Under the pieces are notes generated by a model that did no database searches, was not told the origin of the DNA, and was given only the letters and a program-made list of their open reading frames with translations. DNA of 64,000 nucleotides, taken from Pelobium sp. (GTDB lineage Bacteria > Bacteroidota > Bacteroidia > Sphingobacteriales > Sphingobacteriaceae). Position 1 is the stretch's first letter, and every line of letters begins with the position of its first letter. The stretch lies in contig JBDSHZ010000043.1 of NCBI GenBank assembly GCA_039918235.1, forward strand, positions 22,891-86,890, in the 5' to 3' direction. The position numbers were made by a program, and so were the translations under genes. Below, in pieces: positions 28,159 to 37,349 of the stretch.

Positions 28159-29255
28159 TAAGACAAATATTTTATTGGGTTTGTATTATTTTCAGTTAAA
28201 CGGACCGCAAAGTTAGGAAATTTTTTCGTAATAATTTCCAATAGTAAATCTTGTGTAAATTGCTCACTTTCAAAATGTCCGATGTCTGCAATCACTATTT
28301 TTTCTTCAGCATCAAAAAACTCATGATATTTAAAATCTGCAGTCACAAAAACATCTGCTCCGGCTTTTATCGCTTTGCTTAAAAGAAAACTTCCAGAACC
28401 GCCACAAACCGCTATCTTTTTTACCGGTTTTTTAACTATTTGAGTATGTCTAATTACAGAAACATTCATTTTATGTTTTAATAAATTTAGAAAAGACAGC
28501 CCGTCCATTTCTTCCGGAAGTTCGCCAATCATACCAGAACCTACATTTTGATGGGAATTAGCTAAAGAATAAATGTCATAAGCTACTTCTTCATAAGGAT
28601 GAGCGTTTAACAAAGCCATAATTATTTTCTTTTCGGCAAAAGCCGGAAAAACCATCTCAACCCTTATTTCTTCCTCCTGATGAAGCTGATTGATTGCTCC
28701 AACGAAAGGTTTCGCTTGATCATTCGGTTTAAAAGTCCCAAGTCCATGAGCATTAAAACTAACCTCACTATAATTGCCAATATTGCCTGCGCCAGCATTA
28801 AAAACTTCTTCTTTTACTTTCTCAGCTTCTTTTTGAGGGACAAAAAACACTAATTTTTTTAATAGTGAAGGTTTTGGAGAAAGAATCTGACAGTTTTTTA
28901 AACCTATTTTCTCACAAATTTTTGCGTTAACACCATCAATCACACTATCTAAATTGGTATGAATGGCATATATAGCAATGTTATTTTGGATGGCTTTTAT
29001 AATAACACGCTCCACATAATTACTTCCGTTAAACCTTTTCAGTCCTTTAAAAACAATTGGATGATGAGAGATGATGACCTCGAACCCTTTTGTAATTGCC
29101 TCATCTACAACGGCCTCTGTACAGTCTAAGCTGATTAATGCGTTGTTAATGACTTGATCATTAGCGCCCACAATTAATCCTGAATTATCATAAGTTTCTT
29201 GATAATTTAAAGGAGCAATCTCTTCTAAAAATAAAATGAGGTCTTTTAATATCAT
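28158..29255 (-). CDS. Nif3-like dinuclear metal-centre hexameric protein (YbgI family) with PII-like insert
   Basis: YDNSGL, IISHHPI, IHTNLD, AHPYEEVAYD and DIGHFESEQ; 1-nt TAATG overlap with the next gene. Confidence 0.93.
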   Translation of the reverse strand: MILKDLILFLEEIAPLNYQETYDNSGLIVGANDQVINNALISLDCTEAVVDEAITKGFEVIISHHPIVFKGLKRFNGSNYVERVIIKAIQNNIAIYAIHTNLDSVIDGVNAKICEKIGLKNCQILSPKPSLLKKLVFFVPQKEAEKVKEEVFNAGAGNIGNYSEVSFNAHGLGTFKPNDQAKPFVGAINQLHQEEEIRVEMVFPAFAEKKIIMALLNAHPYEEVAYDIYSLANSHQNVGSGMIGELPEEMDGLSFLNLLKHKMNVSVIRHTQIVKKPVKKIAVCGGSGSFLLSKAIKAGADVFVTADFKYHEFFDAEEKIVIADIGHFESEQFTQDLLLEIITKKFPNFAVRLTENNTNPIKYLS

Positions 29256-29370
29256 TTGATAAAATTAAAATAAATCAAACCATTTGATTGATATTTATTT
29301 TAAACTATTGATTAATAAGCTTCAAATTATTAATTTGCTATTGTAAACCACTTTAATAAAAAGCTTAATT

Positions 29371-30807
29371 ATGATGAAACTCAAAATGATAATTTTGCTT
29401 CTATTTTTTAGTGAAATTTTGGTTGCCCAAGATTCTTCTATTACTAGTGTTATTGATTTAATTAAGCTAGAAAAGGCTGATTCTACCAAAGCAAGATTGC
29501 TCGGGAAGCTATCTTATGCTTATCAATACGTAGATTTTAATAAAAGTATTTACTACGCTGATAGCGCACTTAAACTCTCAAAAAAGATAAACTACAAGAA
29601 AGGAATTGCAAAATCATATAATTTTTTGGGCTTGGCGTATGCCACCATTGGCAAATTAGACTTGGCATTGCATAACTACCTATTGTCTTTAAAGGTTAAC
29701 CAAAAAGCAGGCATTCAACCTGAGATGGCCAAAAACATGAATAATATTGGAGAAATATTAGTCAAAATTGGGGATGATAAAACAGCAGTTAAATATATCC
29801 GAAAAGCATATCAGATTAATAAAAAGTATCACAATAAAAACTCAATGGCTATTTCTTTAAGCTTGATGTCTGATGTTTCTGCTAAAAGAAATCATTTTAA
29901 AAGCGCATTAGCACATTTGAACCAAGCTAAAGTTGAAGCAGGGTCTTCAATTGGGATTTTTGATGATGGTTTTTATTTTTTTAGGTTGGGAGAAATATAT
30001 CTTAAAGCAGGAGAGCCAGATTCGGCAAGGCTTTACTTTAGAAAAGTACTAAGTTTAAAAGAGGCTGAACCAGACCAAAAAATTTCCTCGCTCTACGGCT
30101 TGTCTATCATTGAAATGAATTTTGGAGAGTTTAATAAAAGCAGGAAAATACTGAATGAAGCGCTAAGTATCGCTAAAAAATCAAACGCCCAATTTGAATT
30201 CATTAGAATTTATAAAGCCTTAAGTGAAGTGTGCCTAAAATCAAATGACCTTAAATCCGCTCTTTTTTATATCCAAAAAAGAGATGATTTAAAAGACAAA
30301 CTTTTAGGCTATAAAACTTCTGGAAGAATATCAGGATCTTTAAACACCATCATAACCGAACAGAAAGAAGCTGAAAATGAACGATTAAGGTTAGAATCTA
30401 AGCTTACAGAAAATGAGCTTTCACTGCAAAAGACTGCTGTTTTAATATTGACAGTTGGGATTTTAGTTGCAATCTGCTTAAGTATATTGGCTTACAGGAA
30501 CTTTAAAAGTAAGAATGAGACCAACAAAAAATTAAATATTGCCAATGATACCATCAATCAGTACAATATAGACTTAGAACAAAAAATAGAGAAAAGAACC
30601 CTTACCATCACTAATCAAAATAAAAAGTTAAGAGAACTAGCATATTTTAACTCTCATACCGTTAGAAGGCATTTAGCCAACATATTAGGACTTATCCATT
30701 TAATGAAAGACGAGACAGACAAAAAAGAATTTTTGGACCTGATAGAATCTGAAGCTAATTCTTTAGATAAAACCTTAAATGAGATCAATAAAATGATTGA
30801 AAATTAA
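29371..30807 (+). CDS. TPR-repeat membrane sensor ending in a HisKA-like helix, no ATPase domain
   Basis: Signal peptide, TPRs (SYNFLGLAY, NMNNIGEI), one TM helix, coiled coil and terminal AYFNSHTVRRHLANILGLI. Confidence 0.7.
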   Translation: MMKLKMIILLLFFSEILVAQDSSITSVIDLIKLEKADSTKARLLGKLSYAYQYVDFNKSIYYADSALKLSKKINYKKGIAKSYNFLGLAYATIGKLDLALHNYLLSLKVNQKAGIQPEMAKNMNNIGEILVKIGDDKTAVKYIRKAYQINKKYHNKNSMAISLSLMSDVSAKRNHFKSALAHLNQAKVEAGSSIGIFDDGFYFFRLGEIYLKAGEPDSARLYFRKVLSLKEAEPDQKISSLYGLSIIEMNFGEFNKSRKILNEALSIAKKSNAQFEFIRIYKALSEVCLKSNDLKSALFYIQKRDDLKDKLLGYKTSGRISGSLNTIITEQKEAENERLRLESKLTENELSLQKTAVLILTVGILVAICLSILAYRNFKSKNETNKKLNIANDTINQYNIDLEQKIEKRTLTITNQNKKLRELAYFNSHTVRRHLANILGLIHLMKDETDKKEFLDLIESEANSLDKTLNEINKMIEN

Positions 30808-30816
30808 TTCAAAAAA

Positions 30817-31173
30817 TTAACTCGTCATTTCCATAAAAGACCTGCTTTCCATTGCCATTTTATGATTGTACTCATTTGCTAAATTTTTATAGTTAATTAA
30901 ATCTACAATGGTGCCTATAAAACATAATCCTCCAGTAAAAAGGTATAAAATTCCCATTCCAATTTGATTTGTTGCAAACCTTTGTACACCCGCAACAACG
31001 ATAAAGCCCAAAAGACCTGCAAATAATATATGTTGCGGATCTCTTCTTTTACCACTATAAACCATTAAGAAACGATTTTTTTGTTCATCAGATAAATTTT
31101 GGGAAATTTCTTTTATAAACATCATTTCTTCTGGGGTGATGTTAGATAATGAGTATAGGTATTGTTCGTTCAT
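30817..31173 (-). CDS. TM2 domain protein
   Basis: GVQRFATNQIGMGILYLFTGGLCFIGTIVDL. True start is MNEQYL at 31173 (ATGA overlap with the upstream gene). Confidence 0.88.
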   Translation of the reverse strand: MNEQYLYSLSNITPEEMMFIKEISQNLSDEQKNRFLMVYSGKRRDPQHILFAGLLGFIVVAGVQRFATNQIGMGILYLFTGGLCFIGTIVDLINYKNLANEYNHKMAMESRSFMEMTS

Positions 31174-31451
31174 GAAGCTATTGTTTTTAAAGTAAGAGTG
31201 CAAATTCTGTAAATTATTACAAAAAAAGCAAAAATTCCGATAGGATGGGCATGCCAAGAATTTAGAAACTGAAAATGCATGAGATAATATAAGGAATGAC
31301 CTAAGCCACAACCAGGGCAAAATTTAAAACCTAACCAAGCCAAAGGGCATAAGCTGCTATGAGGAGACCCAACATCCATAAAATATAAAAACACCAGTGC
31401 GGTAACAAAGAAAAGTAGTTCTAAAGGAATTTTTTTATAGAGAGCTACCAA
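31170..31451 (-). CDS. DUF2752 domain membrane protein
   Basis: SLCP...FCPGCGLGHS motif. Confidence 0.85.
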   Translation of the reverse strand: MVALYKKIPLELLFFVTALVFLYFMDVGSPHSSLCPLAWLGFKFCPGCGLGHSLYYLMHFQFLNSWHAHPIGIFAFFVIIYRICTLTLKTIAS

Positions 31452-31859
31452 TTATAATTGTTTTGGGGTATTCATTAATAAAAGAGAATTTACGATGGTA
31501 AAAAGCAATCCGATAACGATAGCTCCAAAAACACGCTCCATGTAATCTACAGTTAAATCCTGAGCAAAAATAGAGATGTAAATGAAACTGCTTCCCGCGG
31601 CTAATAACCCACCTATTGCCAATATCTTAAAGCCTTCAAAAATACCTTCGAAAAAAGATAATTTCCCGCCTAACTCCTTTTTATATCCTCTAATTCCAAA
31701 ATAAAGTCCAAGGAAAGGAATGAGGATAGAAGTGTATTCTAACCAATTATTGTTAGACTCTTCTACATTTTGTGGGTTATAGCCAAATAGCTGCATTAAA
31801 GCAATCCATATTCCAGAAACCACGCCTATGATGATCCCTGAAATAACTGCGTTTCTCAT
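31452..31859 (-). CDS. DUF4199-like small membrane protein
   Basis: Four hydrophobic helices; YFGIRGYKK..GKLSFFEGIFEG pattern. Confidence 0.7.
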   Translation of the reverse strand: MRNAVISGIIIGVVSGIWIALMQLFGYNPQNVEESNNNWLEYTSILIPFLGLYFGIRGYKKELGGKLSFFEGIFEGFKILAIGGLLAAGSSFIYISIFAQDLTVDYMERVFGAIVIGLLFTIVNSLLLMNTPKQL

Positions 31860-31945
31860 AATTCTTAATTTGTAAAATTAAATATAAAATTAATTAAGGG
31901 TTTTTAACAACCAAATTGATGCTTATATGTTTAAATCTCATTAGC

Positions 31946-31953
31946 TATATTTG
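31946..31953 (+). promoter_or_regulatory. -7 promoter element for mfd
   Basis: TATATTTG 16 nt before the likely ATG at 31970. Confidence 0.6.
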
Positions 31954-31969
31954 CATCAAGCACCCATCA

Positions 31970-34900
31970 ATGAATATTAAAGAGATACTGGAAAAATATA
32001 AGACCGATGAAAGGATTCTTAAACTAACTAAGGCTGTTCAGTCTAAAAATTCTAGAATTCAGTTAAAAGGTCTCATTGGTTCTCTTGACGCATTTGTTGC
32101 CACGGCCAATTATTTTTTGAACCATAGAAATATGGTTTTTGTTTTGCCAGATAGAGAAGAAGCTAATTATTTTCAAGCTGATTTAGAGAATTTAATGGAG
32201 AAAGAAGTCCTGATTTTTCCATCTTCTTACCGTAAATCTTTTGATTTTACGCAGACAGATTCGGCAAATGTGCTGATGAGGGCAGAAGTTTTAAATGAAT
32301 TGAACCATGCTTCTGAATTTGGGAATTTGATTGTTACTTATCCTGAGGCTATGGCCGAAAAGGTAATTGATAGAAATGCACTTATCAAAAACACGTTAGA
32401 AATTTCTATCAATAATAAGTTGAGTATTGAGTTTATCAATGAATTTTTAATTGATTATGATTTTGAAAGAACCGATTTTGTTTATGAGCCTGGGCAGTTT
32501 TCTGTTCGTGGCGGAATAGTAGATATCTTCTCTTTTTCTCATGATTTACCTTACCGGATAGAGTTTTTTGGCGATCATATCGAGTCTATCAGAACTTTTG
32601 AGATTGAAGATCAGCTATCTGTTGAGCAGGTAAAATCCATTACCATTGTTCCTAATGTGCAGGCTAAATTTTTAACAGAAAGCAATATTTCTTTGCTCGA
32701 ATTTATTGATAGAGATGCCGTAATCTGGTTTAAAGATGTAGCGTTTACACTTGATATTATCAAAACTGGCCATAAAAAAGCAGTGGAATTATGGAAAGCA
32801 TTATCTGCCGAGCAAAAAAAGCAAAACCAAGATTGGATTGATCCGAAATTTGCTTTTACCAATGAGAAAATGATTGCAGATCAGCTCAATGATTTTCCTG
32901 TTGTTGAATTTGGCAAGCAATTTTTTTATCACGCAACAGAAGTGATTAATTTTGATGCCCGTCCGCAGCCTTCCTTTAATAAAGATTTTAACTTACTTAT
33001 TCACAACATTAAGCAAAACGAGGAGCAGAAAATCGAGAATTTTATCTTAACGGATTCTTCTAAACAACAGGAACGTTTGTTTGCCATTTTTGATGATCTG
33101 GATAAAAAAGTAAAGTTTCATCCCTTAAATATTTCCATCCGAGAAGGATTTATTGATCATACGCTAAAAATAGCCTGCTATACAGATCATCAAATATTTG
33201 ATAGGTATTATAAATATAAACTCAAAAGAGGTTATGCCAAATCTCAGGCAATTACGCTGAAAGAACTCCGCGATTTAAAACCTGGCGATTACATTACGCA
33301 CATAGATCACGGCATTGGTAAATATGCCGGGTTGGAAAAGGTAGAAGTAAATGATAAAGTACAGGAAATGATCCGTTTGGTTTATGCCGATAACGATTTG
33401 CTGTACGTAAATATAAATTCGCTAAACCGTATTTCTAAATATGCAGGTAAAGACGGGCACCAGCCTAAAATGAATAAATTAGGCACTGATGTTTGGGACA
33501 AGCTAAAAAAAACCACAAAAAAAAAAGTTAAAGACATTGCCCGTGACCTGATCAAACTTTACGCCTTACGTAAAGCACAAGAGGGAATGTCGTTCTCACC
33601 TGATACGTATTTACAGAATGAATTGGAAGCTTCTTTTATTTATGAAGATACACCAGATCAGGTTAAGGCTACTTCGGATGTAAAAAAAGACATGGAATCG
33701 CCTCACCCAATGGACCGCTTGGTTTGCGGTGATGTGGGTTTTGGTAAAACTGAGATTGCCATTAGGGCAGCGTTTAAAGCTGCTACAGATGGAAAGCAGG
33801 TGGCTATTTTGGTGCCTACTACCATCTTGGCCATGCAACATTATAAAACTTTTAATGAGCGTTTAGCAGATTTTCCTGTCAGGATAGATTATATCAATCG
33901 ATTTAAATCCTCAAAGCAAGTAAAAGATACCTTAGAAGCTTTGAAAGTTGGAAAAGTGGACATCATTATTGGTACGCATAAATTGGTTAGTAAAGATGTA
34001 AAGTTTAAAGATTTAGGTCTTTTAATTATAGATGAAGAACAAAAATTTGGTGTTACTGTAAAAGAAAAACTGAAGCAGTTTAGGGCAAATGTTGATACCT
34101 TAACTTTAACTGCAACACCAATTCCACGGACGTTGCACTTTTCCTTAATGGGTGCAAGGGATTTATCCATTATGCAAACACCGCCACCAAACCGCCAGGC
34201 GGTACAAACAGAGTTGCATGTTTTTAATGATAAATTGATTAAAGAAGCAGTGGAATATGAATTGGACCGGGACGGACAGGTTTTCTTTATCCATAACCGG
34301 GTTGCCGACTTGCGCCAGTTAGGTGGTTTAATTCAGAAACTGGTACCCAAAGCAAAAATTGCCATTGCACACGGGCAATTAGAAGGGGACAAACTGGAAG
34401 ATATTATGCTCGATTTTATTGAGGGTAAGTATGATGTTTTAATAGCGACTACAATTATTGAATCAGGTTTGGATGTTCCAAACGCGAATACCATGTTGAT
34501 CAATCATGCGCACATGTTCGGTTTGAGTGATCTGCACCAAATGCGTGGAAGGGTTGGGCGTTCCAACAAAAAAGCTTTCTGTTATTTATTGAGTCCGCCT
34601 TTGTCAACTTTAACTTCTGAAGCCAGGAAAAGATTGAGTGCCATTGAAGAATTTTCTGATTTAGGAAGCGGTTTTAATGTAGCGATGCGGGATTTGGACA
34701 TCCGCGGAAGCGGAAACCTTTTGGGCGCAGAGCAAAGCGGTTTTATTGCCGAAATCGGTTTTGATATGTACCATAAAATTTTGGATGAAGCTATTCAGGA
34801 ATTAAAGGAAGATGAATTTAAGGGGTTATTTACTGATGATAAACCTCGCCCGTTTGTAAGCTTTACGCAGATTGATACCGATATGGAATTGATGATTCCT

Positions 34901-35320
34901 GACGAATACGTCACCAATATTCAGGAACGATATAATTTATATACCGAGCTTTCTAAAATTGAAACTCAAATACAACTAGATGCTTTTGCCAAGGAATTGC
35001 ATGACCGTTTTGGTCCGTTGCCAAAGCAGGTGAGAGATTTGTTAAGAACGGTTGAATTGCAGTGGATTGGAAAGGAAATTGGTTTGGAAAAAATCAGTTG
35101 GAAAAAAGGAGTGCTGAGAGGATATTTTGTTTCAGATAAGCAATCCAAATATTTTGAATCAGAAGCGTTCGGTAGGATTTTATCTTTTGCACAACAAAAC
35201 CCTAGAAATGTAAATTTGAAAGAGGTTAAAAATACCTTGAGAATTGCCATTGAAGGAATCAGAACCATAGAGGATGCGATTTTTGCGCTAGAGCAAATGC
35301 GGGATCCGGTGATGATTTAG
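31970..35320 (+). CDS. mfd: Transcription-repair coupling factor
   Basis: UvrB-like N-terminus, CarD/RID (HIDHGIGKY), CGDVGFGKTE, DEEQKFG, TATPIPRT, QMRGRVGRS, RDLDIRGSGNLLG and TRCF C-terminus. Confidence 0.98.
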   Translation: MNIKEILEKYKTDERILKLTKAVQSKNSRIQLKGLIGSLDAFVATANYFLNHRNMVFVLPDREEANYFQADLENLMEKEVLIFPSSYRKSFDFTQTDSANVLMRAEVLNELNHASEFGNLIVTYPEAMAEKVIDRNALIKNTLEISINNKLSIEFINEFLIDYDFERTDFVYEPGQFSVRGGIVDIFSFSHDLPYRIEFFGDHIESIRTFEIEDQLSVEQVKSITIVPNVQAKFLTESNISLLEFIDRDAVIWFKDVAFTLDIIKTGHKKAVELWKALSAEQKKQNQDWIDPKFAFTNEKMIADQLNDFPVVEFGKQFFYHATEVINFDARPQPSFNKDFNLLIHNIKQNEEQKIENFILTDSSKQQERLFAIFDDLDKKVKFHPLNISIREGFIDHTLKIACYTDHQIFDRYYKYKLKRGYAKSQAITLKELRDLKPGDYITHIDHGIGKYAGLEKVEVNDKVQEMIRLVYADNDLLYVNINSLNRISKYAGKDGHQPKMNKLGTDVWDKLKKTTKKKVKDIARDLIKLYALRKAQEGMSFSPDTYLQNELEASFIYEDTPDQVKATSDVKKDMESPHPMDRLVCGDVGFGKTEIAIRAAFKAATDGKQVAILVPTTILAMQHYKTFNERLADFPVRIDYINRFKSSKQVKDTLEALKVGKVDIIIGTHKLVSKDVKFKDLGLLIIDEEQKFGVTVKEKLKQFRANVDTLTLTATPIPRTLHFSLMGARDLSIMQTPPPNRQAVQTELHVFNDKLIKEAVEYELDRDGQVFFIHNRVADLRQLGGLIQKLVPKAKIAIAHGQLEGDKLEDIMLDFIEGKYDVLIATTIIESGLDVPNANTMLINHAHMFGLSDLHQMRGRVGRSNKKAFCYLLSPPLSTLTSEARKRLSAIEEFSDLGSGFNVAMRDLDIRGSGNLLGAEQSGFIAEIGFDMYHKILDEAIQELKEDEFKGLFTDDKPRPFVSFTQIDTDMELMIPDEYVTNIQERYNLYTELSKIETQIQLDAFAKELHDRFGPLPKQVRDLLRTVELQWIGKEIGLEKISWKKGVLRGYFVSDKQSKYFESEAFGRILSFAQQNPRNVNLKEVKNTLRIAIEGIRTIEDAIFALEQMRDPVMI

Positions 35321-35465
35321 AAAGAACAGGCCTCAGCCTGTGAAGACCATAAACTTCGGAACTAGTAATAGATTAAGCGTTCATATTTGTTGAATTTTCA
35401 ATTTTATTGATTGATAATTGAATTGGTTATATTTACATGTATAAATAAAACCATCTGAAAGGTCT

Positions 35466-35666
35466 ATGAAGGAACGCAAAATGCAAATGGTAATCCATAA
35501 AGTAAAAATGGATGAAGAAGATGAGATAGATGTTCAGTTTTGGTTAGGAAAATCTGCCTCCGATAGGATTGCCGAGGTTACTAGATTAAGATATGAGTAT
35601 TATACTTGGCTTTTAGGGGAATTTCCAACTCAAATTCAAAAAACTGTAAATCGGAAAAAGTTATGA
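35466..35666 (+). CDS. Small protein coupled to a nucleotidyltransferase
   Basis: 66 aa with FWLGKSASDRIAEVTRLR; its stop overlaps the next ATG (ATGA at 35663-35666). Confidence 0.75.
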   Translation: MKERKMQMVIHKVKMDEEDEIDVQFWLGKSASDRIAEVTRLRYEYYTWLLGEFPTQIQKTVNRKKL

Positions 35667-36127
35667 TTTTTGAGCAAGATTTTATAGATTTTGTTCAGTT
35701 AATGAACCAACATGAAGTAAAATATCTGATTGTTGGCGCACATGCTCTTTCTTTTCATGGAAGACCTAGACATACTGGTGATTTAGATATTTGGATCAAA
35801 CCTGATTTAGCCAATGCTAGCAAAATGATTTCTGTTATCCAAGATTTTGGTTTTGGCTCTTTGGGATTGAGTGAAGCCGATTTTTTACTAGAAAATTATG
35901 TTACTCAATTGGGTTATCCTCCTTTAAGAATAGATATTCTAAATGCAATTTCAGGAGTAAATTTTGATGAAGCCTATTTAGAAAAAGTTGAAACAGAAGT
36001 AGATGATTTGAAAATAGTATTCATCAGTATAAATGATTTTATTAAGAATAAGCAAGCTACCGGCAGGGCAAAAGATTTGGGTGACATTGAAAGCTTAACC
36101 AAGAAAAATAAAACCAAAAAAAAGTGA
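35663..36127 (+). CDS. Minimal Pol-beta-type nucleotidyltransferase (DUF6036-like)
   Basis: IVGAHAL..HGRPRHTGDLDIWI (G..A, DxD), RIDIL and KQATGRAKDLGDI; start MIFEQD at 35663. Confidence 0.82.
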   Translation: MIFEQDFIDFVQLMNQHEVKYLIVGAHALSFHGRPRHTGDLDIWIKPDLANASKMISVIQDFGFGSLGLSEADFLLENYVTQLGYPPLRIDILNAISGVNFDEAYLEKVETEVDDLKIVFISINDFIKNKQATGRAKDLGDIESLTKKNKTKKK

Positions 36128-36298
36128 TGTTTTTGCTTTGGAGTACATGCGGGATTCGGTGATGATTTAGAATAATGATTAGCGGGTTCTTTATTTAAAA
36201 GCTGGCTTAAACTAAAAAAATTTGGTTTATTTGCGTAATAAACACCCATTTATCACATTAGATTTCTAAAAACCTTCTGAAATCATTTCCTTTGTCTT

Positions 36299-37297
36299 AT
36301 GGATAGCTTTAAATTTTACTTTATTCTAATCACGCTTTCTCTGGTTTTCTTAACGGTTAGGAATACGCAGGCTCAAGAAAATAGGATAGATTCTATAGAA
36401 GTATATGAGATTCAGCCTAAAAAAAATCCTTTTTATAGCAGGCCCCCAATTTTTTTTATCTATAAAAGAGTTTTGCCAATAAGTACTATAGATTTAAAAG
36501 TTAACTATTGGAAAACCAATTTAATTTTCGGTATCAATTTAAATCAAGCTGCATTTAGTGATAATTGGAGTTCTGGCGGGGTAAATTCTATTGCATTAGG
36601 TTCGTTGTTAAGCTATAAAGCAGAGTATGATAAATCAGGTAAAAACTTTACTTCAGTAGTGGAACTAAAATATGGCAAACTAAAAAACAAAGGACAGTTA
36701 GAGCGTAAAACTAATGACCGTATTTTTTTTGATAACAAGGGCGCAATTGCTCTTTCAAAAAACTGGAGCTTTTTTGGTTCTGTGAGTTTTGAATCACAGT
36801 TTGATTTAGGTTATACTTACGGTAAAGACGCTCAAGGACTTGAAACCAGAAAAGTGATTTCTAAATTTATGGCACCTGGTTATTTAACGGAATCTGTAGG
36901 TTTTGAATATCAGCCAAAAAAATATTTTAGTCTTCGTTTAGGTACGGGTACTGCCCGCCAAACATTTTTATTAGATACCACATTATATAAAAACAACCCT
37001 AAAAACTTTGGTGTTGATATCGGTAAAAAATTTAGAAACGAGCTGGCTTTTCAGGCTGTTGCCAATTTTGATAAGGATATTATAGAAAACCTGAACCTTA
37101 AATCAAGGTACCTGCTTTTTGCTGCTTATGAAAAACTTACCGGGATTGATCAACGCCTTGACGTTACTTTAACCGCAAAAGTAAATAAATTGATTAACGT
37201 AACTGTAGGAGCTACCGCTTTATACGATGACGACTTTAGTGGAGATATCCAATATAGCCAAAGTTTGGCTTTAGGGGTTTTGTTTAAACTCCGATAA
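36299..37297 (+). CDS. DUF3078 outer-membrane beta-barrel protein
   Basis: NQAAFSDNWSSGG, RKTNDRI, FMAPGYL and C-terminal YSQSLALGVLFKL. Confidence 0.88.
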   Translation: MDSFKFYFILITLSLVFLTVRNTQAQENRIDSIEVYEIQPKKNPFYSRPPIFFIYKRVLPISTIDLKVNYWKTNLIFGINLNQAAFSDNWSSGGVNSIALGSLLSYKAEYDKSGKNFTSVVELKYGKLKNKGQLERKTNDRIFFDNKGAIALSKNWSFFGSVSFESQFDLGYTYGKDAQGLETRKVISKFMAPGYLTESVGFEYQPKKYFSLRLGTGTARQTFLLDTTLYKNNPKNFGVDIGKKFRNELAFQAVANFDKDIIENLNLKSRYLLFAAYEKLTGIDQRLDVTLTAKVNKLINVTVGATALYDDDFSGDIQYSQSLALGVLFKLR

Positions 37298-37300
37298 AAT

Positions 37301-37330
37301 AAAAAAGGCGCCCCACGTTCCGGGGCGCCT
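37301..37330 (-). terminator. GC-rich intrinsic terminator between convergent genes
   Basis: AGGCGCCCC-acgttcc-GGGGCGCCT; the A run at 37301-37306 gives a U tail on the minus strand. Confidence 0.75.
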
Positions 37331-37349
37331 ACCTGCATTAACACTTTTA

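Noticed and set aside
35327-35358. Terminator after mfd (ACAGGC-ctca-GCCTGT)
   Set aside because: Short 6-bp stem with no U tract; not enough support.
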